Shown here one piece after another: positions 48,247 through 61,579 of a DNA stretch of 64,000 nucleotides (the first letter of the stretch is position 1; every line of letters begins with the position of its first letter). This DNA is from Sminthopsis crassicaudata (Eukaryota), in assembly GCF_048593235.1 (NCBI RefSeq), contig NC_133620.1:23809123-23873122 (forward strand). The letters are read 5' to 3'. The position numbers were made by a program, and so were the translations under genes. A model generated the notes under the pieces. The model searched no databases. It was not told the origin of the DNA and saw only the letters and a list, made by a program, of their open reading frames with translations.

Positions 48247-49500
48247 ATTGAACGGAAGACAGAAGATAGAGCAAGAAACAAAGTAATTTATAAATACAGT
48301 GTTTGGAGAACAGAAGTTGAAAAGGAGATAGGGCTAGTGAGAGAAATTAAGGACATTTTTAGAGTCATTTTGGGAGAAAAGGAAACTATAAAACATTGCT
48401 GTGCATAAATTGATGGAAAGTAAAACTACTAAATCATCATTTAGTACTAAATACTAAATGGGCTCCTGGTTTGTTGGTTGGTTTGCTTGTTTTTCTTTGT
48501 CAGAGGGAATGATTTTTGCACTGGGAAGGACAGGACCAAAGGAGTTAAGAGGAATTTGAGATCCAACATTGTAAGGAAGCACCCAATGATATTCTTAATG
48601 ATTTCGAGTCACTCTGTCCTGAGTTGCTGTTGAGTCCCTGCCTGTGTTATTTGCAAGATTGCCGAGATGTGGAGAAGCGTGCAAAAGGGTCAGGCTCCTT
48701 CTAGTCATGAGAAGAAAGAGAATTGAATCTGAATATAGATGAGTAAGCTTGACTCTGATTCCTGAATTTTAGAATGGAACGTTAGAGAGATGTGTAAGAG
48801 CAGCTAGGTGGGCCCAGTGGATACAGCACTGACCCTGGTTCAGGAGAATCTGAGTTCAAATCTGATTTCAGAGTTGCTTGGTAACCATAGGCAAGTCATT
48901 TCACCCCACCTGCCTCTAAAAAAAGAAAAAAGAAAGGGAGAGGAAGAGAGGGAAAGAGGGAGAGAGAGACTCACTCTCCCCAAATCCACCCTCTGATTAG
49001 CTCCTTAGATTCTTAGAGCAAGATGACTTCTCCCTTCCGGGAGAGGCAACTCTCAGGGGTGAGAGGTTTCGCTCCATATTATCAGTCAATAACTCTTGTC
49101 TGATATCTTCCTGCAATATCATTGCCAATTCATTTCTAACCAGTGATCACTTCCATGGGCAATTAATATTAAATTAGCTTTCATGGAGGGAAATTTACTG
49201 AAAAAGTATAACAAAGGCAGAAGTGTGAAAATCTTCTCTCTTCCCTCTTTCCCTTTATCAAATCTCTCCTTTACACACTCATGGATCCCTGGAAAACTCA
49301 AAAGTTCAAATGCCATAAAACATCCCCCCTTCCCAAATTTACTTCTGGCTATAGCATTGGTTGGAGGAACCATTATCAAACTTATTAGACAGGATGTCTT
49401 GACAAGTGAATGGACTCATTACTGGGTAAGGCAGAGTGTTCCTCAGGGTTGGCTCCTTGCCACTGACTGTGTCTAGCAACAGTTCCATTAGGGACCTCTA
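47690..49500 (+). mobile_element. Decayed CR1/L3 LINE ORF2 (endonuclease to RT region)
   Basis: Frameshifted translation EEPTKRNSILDLILTKEEEL / GILDISDHSLLEFI from 47866 matches the CR1 endonuclease end, and SVPQGW near 49435 resembles the RT GVPQGS motif. Confidence 0.7.
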
Positions 49501-49731
49501 AGGCTGGACTTCTGGTGGTGGTGGTTTATTTTTCTGAAACTCAGAAATATTCACAGCAGTAACAAGAGGAAAGAGGTGGCTATGGCAGCCTAGAGGAAGA
49601 AATGAGGCAGATAAGGGGATTGCACGTACCCCCTCTTCCCTCCACTATCTCCCTCTCTCCCTCCCTCTCTCTCCTTTCTCTTTCTCCTCTGTCTGTCTCT
49701 TCTTTCTCTCTGTCTCTCTGTTTTTTCTCTG

Positions 49732-49924
49732 NNNNNNNNNNNNNNNNNNNNNNNNNNNNNNNNNNNNNNNNNNNNNNNNNNNNNNNNNNNNNNNNNNNNN
49801 NNNNNNNNNNNNNNNNNNNNNNNNNNNNNNNNNNNNNNNNNNNNNNNNNNNNNNNNNNNNNNNNNNNNNNNNNNNNNNNNNNNNNNNNNNNNNNNNNNNN
49901 NNNNNNNNNNNNNNNNNNNNNNNN
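49732..49924. other. Assembly gap (N run) following a TC-rich microsatellite
   Basis: Run of N preceded by (TC)-rich low-complexity sequence at 49640-49731. Confidence 1.
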
Positions 49925-51058
49925 TCTTGGCTCATTTGGCACTGAGGCAGAGAGAGTGAGCTTTTGTCTGTTCAAGCCACTGGGATACATTGTTCTAGTA
50001 GAGCACCCAGGTAAAAAAAATTTCCTCTCCACATAAATAAAAAGAACCAGTAAGAGAATACTTCTGTGTATGCTCAAGTGTGGCAATGAATGTCTGCCTA
50101 TATTTCGAAATCTAGAAGCAGGCTCATCAAGCCCCCAGTTAGGCTGTCAGCAGGCAGAATACACTGCTTATGTTCCCAGCCTGAGCCCCCACTGGCTGGG
50201 CCCCTTACATCGAATTGGTAAACAGCCAGAAAATGAAGCAATGATCACAAGAAGCCAAACTGGTTTTATTTTGAACAGGTCTTATCAGAGGCAGCGAAGT
50301 GGGACAATCGATACAGCATCAGTTCTGGAGTCAGGAGGATGTGAGTTCAAATTCCACCTTGGACACTTGACATGTAGTAGCCATGGTACCTGGCAAATCA
50401 CTTAACTCCCAACAGACCCAAAAAATCAAGTCCATAACCCACAATTAGATTGACTGTCCTGTCAAACACCTAGACAGTTTAGTGGATTTCAAGCTCAGTG
50501 AGCAGCCCAGGACTTAGTGCGGTTCTTTGTGTCCAGTCTGCCCCCATACATACTGGCTGAGTAGATTGAATGGGAGGAGGGATATTGCCAAGGATCACTT
50601 GGTCAGTATCCCCCTAGCTACCTCTTCTCCCACTGGTGAGATCTGCAGATCACTGAGTACAGCTGTTTTATAAACTTTCAGAGCCACAAAAGGGAACTGA
50701 AGTTCATTTTAAAAGACAAAATCAGTTGGGAGAATAGGAGAAAACCTAGCAAAACAGAGTTAGTTGGGCTGGGAAAGAGCTCACCTGGAGAGCAGCTGCA
50801 AGGAATAATATGCTGGCCAATAGCTTTTTGCTTTTACTCTTTTTGCCAGTTAGGACAGCTATTTAACCCCAAATGGGGTCACAAGGAGTTGGACATGACT
50901 AAAACAATTCAACCACATAAAAATTCTGCAAATTGGCTATTGCCTTCTAAATTTTATTGCTCTTGGACATAACTCCAATTGCCTCACCCTAGTTTTGTCT
51001 CTGTCAATAATCTACCTTAGCAAAAACCTCCAGCATCCTTTGTAGTTATCCATTTGTG

Positions 51059-51060
<2 letters not shown>

Positions 51061-51102
<42 letters not shown>
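51061..51102. repeat. (CA)21 microsatellite
   Basis: Perfect CA repeat. Confidence 0.98.
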
Positions 51103-51105
<3 letters not shown>

Positions 51106-51349
51106 GAATCGATCAATCTATTAGCAGACATTTATTTTAGTGCCTGAATGTATCAGGCTTTGTGCTATTTGCCTTACAAATCTTCAGAAAAGAAGACCTT
51201 ACTAGAGATGTCCTACCTAGTAATAAACAAAGACAAAAACTGAGACACAGAGGTGGAAAGTGACCTTTTCAAGGATATGGGGGCATGAAGTCACGGATCC
51301 GGGATTTGAACCTCTAGGATTTCAAATTGTCCAAATTAGAGACCTTAGG

Positions 51350-51585
51350 TAGCTCAGGGGCTTCCAGAGTGCAAAGAGCACTGCACCTGGAATCAGAAAG
51401 ACCTGATTCAAATGTGCCCTCAGACACTTCCTAGCTGTGTGACCTTGGGCAAGTCACTCTATCCTGTGCCTCAGTTTCCTCATCTGTCAAGTGAGCTGGA
51501 GAAGGAAATGGCCAAATCCTTCAAGATCTCTACCAAGAAAAGCCCAACTGGGGTCATGGAGAGTTGGCATGGCTAATTGACTAAA
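51350..51585 (+). mobile_element. MAR1-type CORE-SINE
   Basis: Head, cttcctagctgtgtgaccttgggcaagtcac core and gctggagaaggaaatggc..ccaagaaa RTE tail. Confidence 0.8.
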
Positions 51586-52504
51586 ATCAACCCGAAGCAG
51601 CAGTCGCAGGGCCAACAAGTCACTTCTCTGGTCTTGGTTCTGCTAAGAACCCTTCCAGTTCTAAGGTTCTATAACTACTTGAGCTCTTCCTTCTGATCTC
51701 AGGGTCCATGTTTATGTGAGTTGGGAGCACTGGCACTTTAGAAATCACTTAGGAAATTCTCTCAGAGGGTGGGCAGCCTGACTTCCTACCAGACCAGCCA
51801 GCTCTTCTTGGAAATAATTCCCAGTCTCTGTCTCTCTATCTCTCTGTGTGTTTCTATTTCTGTCTGTCTCTGTGTCTCTCTGCTCTCTTTCTGTCTCTCT
51901 CTCTTTTGTCTTCTAGGTAAAATTTATAGCTCAGCCAAGTCTGGTTTGACAGCCCGGAGAAGAGGGGGAGGAAGGACAGAAGTTGGCAGTTGGAAACTGG
52001 CCCAAATCTAATGCCTTCAAATCTCTCTGACCAATCACCACCTATCTGACCCAAGGCAGCTAGATCTGCCAGGACTTCCCTGTTCCCATTATTCACATCA
52101 GTTTTATAGTAAAAGGAGCCTTGAAGATTCAGCTTTGAGTCTGGGCTCAGCCACTTAACACTCTGGGTAACCCTGGGCATCGGGTCTCAGCCGGTGGGAT
52201 TTTCAGTCAATGATCTGAACTTAAGTCCAAAGGTGTGGCAAAGTATAGGGATTGATTAGGTGGTCATTCAGACTTGGACCAGCAGTGAATACTATGGGCA
52301 GTCCATATGTGCTCACCTTTCTGTCTAGGGTAAAACAGCAGGCCCCTGAGGGACTAGAAGGCCCTGCCCTTCCCCAAGGCCCTCAGACTTTCCCTCTTGG
52401 GTTTCTAGGATGGGTCCCCCGAGATGCTTCAGCAGCCTATCAATCAAGAAGCATTTATTAAGTACCAGCTGTGTCCCAGGCAATGTTCTTAGTGATAGGG
52501 ATAC

Positions 52505-52710
52505 AAAGAAAGTTAAAGAGAGACAGAAACAGACAGAGATAGAGGCAGAGGCAGAGGGGAGAGAGAAAGGAGAGGAGAGACAGAGACTGAAAGAGAGTGA
52601 GAGATAGAGACAGAGAAAGAGAGAGAAAATGAGAGACAGAGAGACAGAGATAGAAAGAGAGAGGGAGGAGAGAGGGGGAGAGAGAGAGAAAAGGAGAGGC
52701 AAGAAGAGAG
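52505..52710. repeat. GA-rich low-complexity tract (also TC-rich at 51825-51910)
   Basis: Imperfect (GA)n/(GACA)n. Confidence 0.9.
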
Positions 52711-52989
52711 GAGATCAATCCTTTTTCTCACAGCTTTACGTGGGGGTGACTCAGTGCAAACCAAAGCAAGTATAATTATTGAATAGATTATCAATATTCA
52801 AATTCAAAGGAACTTGGAAATTAACGCACTTAACCCTCTTCATTTGCAGAAGAGGAAACTGAGGCCGGAAAGAAACGACTCAGTCACCCAGCCAGAAAAT
52901 GGCTCCAAAGTGAGATTAGAATCCAAGTCCTCTGACGCTCTTAATTCTCCTAGTCCAGGATCAAATGCTAAGACTTTAAGCCCTAAGAA

Positions 52990-54400
52990 GAGCGGATCCG
53001 GGCGGGTCCCCTGGGGCCGCGGAGGCACCGGGCGGCCCCCATCTGTCACCGGGAGCCCCCAAGCGTCGGGTTAGTTAAGCCTCCCCGGCCCTCCTGGGCT
53101 GAGCACCTGGCAGCCACTGAGGGGCGGGGACTGAAAGGGGGTGGGGGCGCCGAGACCTGAGAGGAAGGACGCCCGCGGGCCTGAGGGGGAGAGTTAGGGA
53201 AGGGGGATGAGGATGGGGGGGAGGCTGAAGAGGCGGAGGCTAAGAGGAGGGAGCAGAGGGGCCTGAGCGGGTTTAGGGTCTGAGTGCAAAGGCTAGGGCG
53301 CGGATGTTTGGAGAATTGACCGAAAGGGGTCGGGGGGCTGAGGGGCGGGGCCTCAGAGGACTGACGACCGGGGGTCTAGGTCTGCAGAGCCGAGGAGAGG
53401 GGCTGGAGGTTGGGGGGACTTGAAGGGCTGGCCGAAGGGGCGGTGCGTGCGGGAGGGGCGTGGCAGGGCCTGGCTCCGCCCCGGGGCGGGGCCGGGCGCT
53501 CAGCCGCTGACCAGTCCCGGGCGCAGCCCCAGCCCCTTTTCCCGAGCCGGTCCGGAGAGCCGGAGCTGGGCGCGCGCAGTCCGCCGCAGATCCAGCCGGG
53601 CCAGAGCCAGAGAGTTCTGCTGGAGACTAAGCGGGGTCTTCTGAGCTCCGTCCCCGGCCCCGGGACTGCGGCCACAGCTTGTCCTTGCCCCGCACTGCCC
53701 CGCGCTACCAGTCGGTCCCGTCCCGGGGCTGTGCTGCCCCTGCAGGTGCCGGCTCCGCCTCCCCGACCACCCGGAGGCTTGACCTCGAGAACAGCGTCAC
53801 GAGCCCCCTTTCCAAGTTCCCAGAGCCCCCAGCCGAGGTAGGGGGCGCGCCGGGGCAGAGAGATCTGGGAGGGGGCGTTAGGGAATGAGTGGAGGGTTGG
53901 GGGGCAACGGAGTCTGGGGTGCAGGGGCATCGAGGTGCGGAAGGAGGTCGAGGTGCAGGGGCCGGGGCAGGGCCGGGGGGCGTTGGGGGAGAGGGACGCT
54001 GGCTACCGAGAACATGGGGGGACGAATGCTGGCGGCACGCAGACCAGGACTGATTGTTCGGGGTTTGGGGTCTCCAGACCGGTAACCTGAAGGAGAGGCC
54101 ATGTGTGGAGAGGCTGAAGCAGCCGGAGGATCTGCAAGCAGGGGCTGGACCCTCGGCTGCGAGGGGGGGCGGGTCAAGCCTGGTCGCTGTGTGCGGTGGG
54201 TGGGGCAGCGCTGGGCACTGACATCTGGATGGGCGGGGGGGGGGGGCAGTGGTTGGGTTCTGGTTCTGGGAGGGTACAAGGGCAGCTCGGCTCCCCCCTC
54301 TTTGCCTTGGTCTTGGGAGTGGCCCCAAGGGGGTGGGGGGGCGGGGCCGCCTCCCGGCGGAGACCTCCTTCTCGGGTGCGCTGAGGAGGCTGCGGGCTAG
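52990..54400. promoter_or_regulatory. CpG-island promoter of a plus-strand gene, by synteny RAB3B
   Basis: Dense CpG, tandem GGGGCGGGG boxes (53122-53492) and strong G skew downstream. The gene order BTF3L4/TXNDC12(KTI12)/RAB3B is known from human; identity is inferred only. Confidence 0.7.
53500..53837 (+). other. Putative non-coding first exon (probably RAB3B 5'UTR)
   Basis: ATG-free GC-rich segment downstream of the GC boxes, ending in CCGAG|gtaggg. No Rab3 coding exon occurs in the remaining 10 kb. 5' end approximate. Confidence 0.5.
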
Positions 54401-55740
54401 ACTTCTTTGGAATGGGAAGGGGCATTAGCCAGGCCAGAGGAGGGGACATGGAGATAAGGCAGTGAAAATGTTCCGGCTTCTCTGGGTATTATGCTTGCAT
54501 GTATGTGACCCTGTGCTTGTGTGTGGGGATTTATAAGCGTGGAGGTGAGCGGGGGAGGAGGTAAGTGAATTTCCCAGCGTGCAGAGGACTGAGCTCCTTG
54601 TCAGGAGGATGGGCAGAAGTGGTGGCGGATACAGTGAGATGGGGGTCTAGTGAGCCCCTCAAATACGCTCCTCTCCCAGATAGATCACCATGTATTCGGC
54701 TCTGACGTCCCTTCCAGCTCTGAGATTCTGGAGCTCTGTCACTTCTCCCCAGTTTCCCTATTTGTCCAAAGACTCAATATGACTCCTCCTGCCTTCCTAG
54801 TTGCGCTCCGATTCAGTGCTTTTTTTGGGAGTATTTATCAGATCATGGAACAAAGCACCAGAAGAGCCATTCGGGGATTAGCCAGTACGGACAGTCAGCA
54901 AACATTTATTAAGCACTTACGGGGGCCAGACATAGAGCTGTGCTGAAGAAATAAAGACCAAAAAAGTCCCCACCTGCCAAAAGCTTAGAAAAGGGGAAGC
55001 TTGCCTAGACTTTCTGCTTCTCCCAAACAGGGAAACTGAGGTCTGGAGGCAAGGAAAGTGCCTTAGCTAAGATCTGGGACCTTCAGTTTCAGAGCCTGCC
55101 CTCTTTCTATATTACTGTGCTCTGGGTGGGGTAGAAGTGAGTGCCATCAAGAACCAGGGAAGGTCATGGCTGCCCTTCCACGCCAACCACAGGTCACGGC
55201 TGTGCTGGGCTCAGTCTCTTCTAATAGCTCCTTGTGGGTCTCACTCAGGAATCCCACTGGATCTTTTTTTAGAGAAGAGCCCATAATGGCTCAATTACCC
55301 ACAGGTCACTTCTCCGACAACCCTAATTCATACATCAGTTTCGCTGAAGCTTTTTGATCTGTAGCTATTTTTAGCCTGTACTACATCTCAGGGCTGGACT
55401 CATCTATCAGAAGGAAGACTTGCCTCTCTGGTTTGGGTCTTTTCTTTTTTAAAGCTCAGCCTGATTTCTTTGCCAAGTTCATGGACTTGAGGTAGAATCA
55501 CAATGTCATCATGCAAGTTAGCAATCAACTAACAAAGCAGAAATTGAGAGACTTTTAAATATGAAAAAACACATGGATGAGAGAGGCAGATCCAGATGAG
55601 ATCCAGGGAGAAAAGGGAATAGGTTTTTGCAAGATCCAAGAGGAAAAACGATGTCCTGCCTACAAATAGGGTTGTGAAGCATTTATTAAGTATCCATCAC
55701 ATGCCAGGAAATATGCTAATTACCGAGCCAGCTATACAGA

Positions 55741-56160
55741 GATTGTCTCTGTCCTGATGGAGTTTACATTCTATTGGAAACCATCAACCAGTAATCATTT
55801 ATTAAACACCTACTATATACAAAGAGAGATTGTCTCTGTCCTGATGGAGTTTACATTCTATTGGAAACCATCAACCAGTAATCATTTATTAAACACCTAC
55901 TATATACAAAGAGAGATTGTCTCTGTCCTGATGGAGTTTACATTCTATTGGAAACCATCAACCAATAATTATTTATTAAACACCTACTATATATAAAGAG
56001 AGATTATCTCTGTCCTTATGGTGTTTACATTCTATTGGGAAACCATCGACCAATAATTATTTATTAAGCACCTACTATATACAAAGAGAGATTGTCTCTG
56101 TCCTGATGGAGTTTACATTCTATTCAACCAATAATTATTTATTATGCACCTACTATATAC
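55741..56160. repeat. 87-bp tandem minisatellite, about 4.8 copies, L2-derived
   Basis: Units start at 55741, 55828, 55915, 56002 and 56090. Copies 1 and 2 are identical and later copies diverge. The unit contains L2-tail motifs (atttattaaacacctactat; tcctgatggagtttacattcta). Confidence 0.95.
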
Positions 56161-57029
56161 CCAGCACTATGTTCCAATGCATTCATTTATTAATAAGTAA
56201 ATGCTTTATAAATACATACATAATATATACACATCTATCTTTGAATCTGTTTCCATCTTGCAAAACAGATCAACATTTTCTCTGCAATTCAGACAAAGAA
56301 CAATAATGACGGAGGTGTAAATGAGCAAATGAAATCACTTGCTTATGTGTCCAAGACCACATCAGTAATTATACTTTAGTGTCAGGTTTTGAATCCAAAA
56401 TCCAAATCTTCTCCCCTGCCCCATTTTCAAATACTGGATGGATTTTAAATAAATACACAATGTTGGTGAAGGCATGGTCCAGCGGGAATCCAGGAAATGG
56501 GTAGAGACCTTTGAAGGATGTAGTACTGGAGGTGCCTATCTTTGTCTACCTTGTGCTTAACGCTGTATCTGGCACATAGTAGGCACTTCAAAATGCTTGT
56601 TGACTGTTGGTTGATAGAGTAAGGACTGGCTAGAATAAGTCTTCAGGTGAAATTTCCTTTCTGTCCCATAATTCAATAATGCCTTTCTATCTAGAATCTC
56701 GCTTCTTCCTTTGTCTGTCTCAAATGCCCTGCACATACTTGATATGGTCATTATCTGTAACTGTGTCTTCTCCCTCTATTAGACACTCCATGCTTCAGAA
56801 GGGCAAAGGTGTGTGGGACCTGCTCTAGAACCCAGCAGCATTCTGGGCACCCCTGAGGCACTCAGTAGATGTTTGAATGAAGGAAAGAAATCTTGCTAGT
56901 GGGTCTAGGATTCTGGATAGAGGATTGAACTGGATTCCGGGTTTGGGACCCAAGGCTTCCACTGAATTGCTACATAACCTCACTGAAGTTATGTTCCCTG
57001 TTTAGGCAGCAGTTTTCTTTTTCTTCCTT

Positions 57030-57950
57030 TTTTTTTTAATTAAAGCTTTTTTTTTTAATTTTTCAAAACATATGCATGGAAAATTCTTCAACTTTAACCC
57101 TTGCAAAACTCTGTGTTACAATTTCTGCCTTCCCGCCACGCCCTCTCCTAGATGGGTATAGTCCAATATATGTTAAATATGGTAGAACTATATGTTAAAT
57201 CTAATGTATGCATACATATTTATACAATTATTGTGCTGCACAAAAAAATCAAATCAAGCCAGTAAAAAAAAAAAAAAAAAAGGAAGCAAAATAAAATGCA
57301 AGCAAACAACAACAAAAAGAGTAAAAATGCTATGTCATAATCCACACTCAGTTCCCACAATTCTGTCTCTGGGTATAGATGGCTCTCTTAATCACTGAAC
57401 CATTGAAACTGGTTTGAATCATCTCATTGTTGAAGAGAGCCATGTCCATCAGATAATCTTGCTGTTGCTGTGCACAATTATCTGGTTCTGCTCATTTCAC
57501 TCAGCATTAGCTCATATAGGTCTCTCCAGCTCTCTCTGAAATCCTCCTGCTGGTCATTTCTTACAGAACAATAATATTCCATAACATTCATATACCACAA
57601 TTTACCCAACCATTCTCTGAAAATTGTGAATATCCTTTGACCATTTATCAGTTGGAGAATGGCTTGATTTCTTATAAATAAGAGTCAGTTCTCTATATAT
57701 TTTGGAAATGAGGCCTTTATCAGAACCTTTAACTGTAAAAATGTTCTTCCAGTTTATTACTTCCCTTCTCATCTTGTTTGCATTAGTTTTGTTTGTACAA
57801 AGGCTTTTTAATTTGATATAATCAAAATTTTCTATTTTGTGATCAATAATGATCTCTAGTTCTCCTTTGGTCACAAATTCCTTCCTCCTCAATCATGGAC
57901 CCGTTTTGATCTTATCTTGGTGTACAGTATTAAGTGTGGGTCCATGCTTA
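57030..57950 (-). mobile_element. L1 3' fragment with internal deletion
   Basis: 3'UTR and ORF2 end joined to an upstream ORF2 segment (ORF 57602..57892: ...GSDKGLISKIYRELTLIYKKSSHSPTDKWSKD...). Confidence 0.88.
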
Positions 57951-59419
57951 GTTTCAGGCAGCAGTTTTCAAACCTTCACAATGAGGGGATTGAATAAGTT
58001 GGCTGCTGAGGTACTGTCTATTTTAAATATTTCCTGGGGTGTGTTCACATTAAGTAAACTGGGAGTAAAGTCATTAGTGGATGACCAAGCGATTGGGAGA
58101 CTGCCTCTGGGCCACATTCTTGGAACTCAATGGGTATTTTTAGAGTCATGGAATATGAGAACTGGAAAGAACCTTAGAACCCAAAATGTCAGAGTTGGAA
58201 GGAACCTTGGAAAACATCATGTCTATCCTCATACTTTCATTCATGCCATTCATCCATTCATCTATTCATTCCTACATCCAACAAATGTTTATTAAACATC
58301 TTCTAGGTACAGAATCTTGAGCAAGGGAGTAGGGGAGAGATAAAGTTTGAAAAACAAATTGGTTCCTCAAAGAGCTTACATTCAAAGAGGGGGCACAAAG
58401 AGATAAGCATAATACACAGCATTACATATTTAGTGCACACGAGAGGTACAAAACTGTTTTTGAGATTTCAGGACTGTAATGTGTTCATTTGAAGGATCAT
58501 CGGCCTGGGAATCCTGGAAGGGTGCCTTTTGAGGTGAGCTTTAAAGGATGGTTATTAGGAATTCCAGGAGTGAAAAGGAAAACAAAAATATTCCAGGTAG
58601 AAAGAACAGTTTTGACAAAAGGTGGGATGAGGTCCAGAAGTGACATTTTTTGCTTCAGGTCACAAAATGAATGGTAAAGCTTAAATGAAGCAGAGAAAAG
58701 GCTTTAGCTGGTCTTTTTACCCTTTCTTCATTGTTTTCTAGTCCCTCATGTTACTGAAGCCCAGAAGGATCCATTAAATTAGAGATTCTGCATCTTTTTC
58801 TTTTTGGCAGTCATTCTGGTGAATAGTGTTTTTCAGAATGATTTTAAATGAATAATATAAAATATGTAGAATTCCAGAGGATTCTGTATTGAATCCATAT
58901 CAAAATATGAAAAAGAACACGTTCACAGACTCCTCCACATGAGTCATTTGCCTCTCTGCTTAGAATTTTGCTTACAGTGTCTTTCTTTTTATGAAAAACT
59001 TGTTTCTGACAATTATCTGGCAAAAGGAGGGAGGAAAAAACGGAGAGAGGGAGCTTTCAAAATACCCTTAGTCTCATGAACTGGGCCAGGTCCTGCCTAG
59101 AATTTTGGAGGGACCTCTAGACTAGCGGATACTGATACCTGGAGTCTGGGGATGAAAAAAACTTAGGGTGCGTCAAATTCAAATTGTCTTTTATCCAAGA
59201 AGGAAACTCAGGCTCAAGGATATTCATTCAATCACTCATTTATAGATACATTTTTTCATTCTTTTATCCAACATTAATCATCTAGTCTGTGGCCAGCATC
59301 ATCTTAGATACAGTGAGGGATTCACCCTAAGATTAAGACAGTCTAAAAACCCTGAAGCAGTCTATAGTCTGACTATAGAAATAAATACAACACAGTATAG
59401 AAAGATGAACCTGATCGAA

Positions 59420-60160
59420 CATAAACTAAACATTGCCTGCTTCAAAAAAAATCTACTTCACGAATATATGTAGTGAGATGACTGAAAAATTTGAGGGTCT
59501 TAGTGGACTGCAAGCTCCTAGGAGTCAACAGAAATCTACTGTGACCTTGGTCTGCTTTAAGAAGCACACCATTCAGGATTTGGAGAGCTCTTCTCACAAA
59601 GGGTTCCTTTCACTCAGGGCGAGTCAGTAATGGGAGGTGATTGTCCTTTGCCTTTGAGGGGTCTCCTCTGGGGTATAGCATTCAGTTATAGCTCCACAAA
59701 TTAGAAAGGACTTTGATAAGTCAGAGAGGGGACAAAGGAGAGAGCAAGTAGAGACTGGAGAAGACCTGAAGCCCTTGCTATATAAGGCCAGATTAAACCA
59801 ATTACACCTATTTAGTTTGGAAACGGGAAGACTAAAAGACAGGAGTTTTTAAGTGCCTTCATACAGAAGAAAGAAATCGGAAAGAAAAAGAAGTCTGTTG
59901 GACTCCAGGGTCATGGGCAGGAGCAGTGTGAAGAGGAGCATTAAATTCAATCTTGATGACTGGGAAAAAAAATTTCCAACCAGGAGCGAGTGACATGAGT
60001 CGCTCTGGAAATAATGTGGACATAGTGAGGACTGTGGGCTTCAGGAGAAGTGGGGATAGTCATTTGTAGGGTCTGTTTTTGAGAGGATTCCTAATTACAT
60101 GTGGTGGGCTGAATTAGCTGGCCTTGAAGATCCCTTCTAGATGAGATTCTATGACTTTGT
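59420..60160 (+). mobile_element. CR1/L3 LINE 3' fragment
   Basis: gggtcttagtggactgcaagct..., gtttggaaacgggaagact..., ending gaagatcccttctagatgagattctatgact like the CR1 terminus. Confidence 0.65.
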
Positions 60161-61579
60161 TTAAGCAGAATTAATGAGATTATCAGTCATTTGGTTATAA
60201 ATTTATTTCTTTTTTTCCTCAATAATATTTTATTTTTCCAAATACATGTAGCGTTTTCAACATTAATTTTTGTAAAACTTTGTGCTCCAAATGTTTTTTC
60301 CTCTCTCCTTTACCTTCTTCGTCCCTCAAAACAGCAATGTGATATAAGTTAAATATGTGCATTCCTTTTAAATATATTTCCATATGATTATAAATTTATT
60401 AAGTGCCCACTATGTGCCAGGCCCTGGACTAAGCTGGAGTCTTAGGGGATGCTGGGAGTGGAGAGTGGAGAAGGGACGAAAACAGATCTTGTTCTAGAGG
60501 AGCCAATAGACTAATGTGGAGATAACATGCAAACAATCATGGACAGGCAAACTGTTTATGGGATAGAATGGAAATAACAGGAAGGAGACAGAATTAAAGG
60601 CAACTGGAAAGGCTTCCAGTAGGATTTTAGCTAAAGAAAGCCAGGAGACAGGATGGAGATAATTCCAGGCATTGAGGCAGGAATAGGAGGATGTGTATGT
60701 GTGTGGAGGGAGGCTGCCAGTGTCAATGCCCAAGTCTGCAGATGGAGGAACCCTATGGATCACAGAGTATGTTGGCAGAGAAGGGACTTCTTGGAGAGAA
60801 GGGACCACTCTGCCTTAGAACTGGTCCCTTTCAGCAGAAATTCTCCGATCATTAATATGTTAACTTTCAAAGACAGCATCCAGCGCCCGAGCCCTCCCTG
60901 CTCCCCTATGGGAGGGTCTTGCTACCTTCCACCCACCCAGGGTTTCATCTACATTAATGCCAGTGAGATGTAACTACCAGGCTCCTTATTTATGGGACTG
61001 AAAAGAACAAGCCATGTTTCCCTTAGCACACTGGCTTCCAAATTCACAGCTGGGCAGTGGCCTGTCTGTCCTAATGTTTCCTGGCCTGGGCAGCCCCAAG
61101 GGTACCTGCTTTCTCAGCTACCTCTGAATGCCTCAGTGAGTCCTGTTAAATTGTCCCAGTGTAATAGAGAAGAAGCCCTGAGGGGCCTGTCCAAATGTGT
61201 CCTCCCCATCGCCAGCCATTCTTCCTTTACTTCTCTTCTCACTATGACAACAGTGTAAAGACAGGTGTTTGATTCTCACTTGTATTTAAGATTTTTTTTT
61301 CAAGCCTGAATCGCAGAGCTGGAAGGAATGTGTGGGTGCAGGAGATGCTGGGAGTGGGCAGTGGTACCTGGTCTAACTGGCACTTTTCTCTCTACAACAT
61401 CCATTCCTTGGTCCACTCTAGTCATACACTTTGCACTGCTTCCTCTTTCCTACTTTTTTCATTATTTCCCTCGAGAATCCTAGACCTTTTGTTCTTTTAA
61501 ATAAATTTTGTTATTTGGTCTAGTTCCATAATTGATATAGGACTGAATTTGTACATTTAATTTAAGCAGTGTCATCATT

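Noticed and set aside
40645-50086. ORF-track entries spanning the N gaps (40645, 40672, 49580, 49602, 49645)
   Set aside because: Artefacts of unresolved bases and adjacent microsatellites.
53097-53118. REST/RE1-like ctgagcacctggcag near the putative RAB3B promoter
   Set aside because: Only the left half-site resembles the consensus; the GGACAG right half is absent.
53376-54449. ORFs of 130-207 aa in the 53-54 kb CpG island
   Set aside because: GC-rich low-complexity translations with no Rab GTPase motifs and no other recognisable domain.
55741-56160. CRISPR-like or coding interpretation of the 87-bp array
   Set aside because: There are no unique spacers, the whole unit repeats, the sequence is L2-derived and the context is eukaryotic.
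47690-60160. One CR1/L3 element split around the RAB3B promoter (collinear 5' and 3' parts on the same strand)
   Set aside because: This would place an ancient promoter inside the LINE; independent insertions of an abundant family are more parsimonious.
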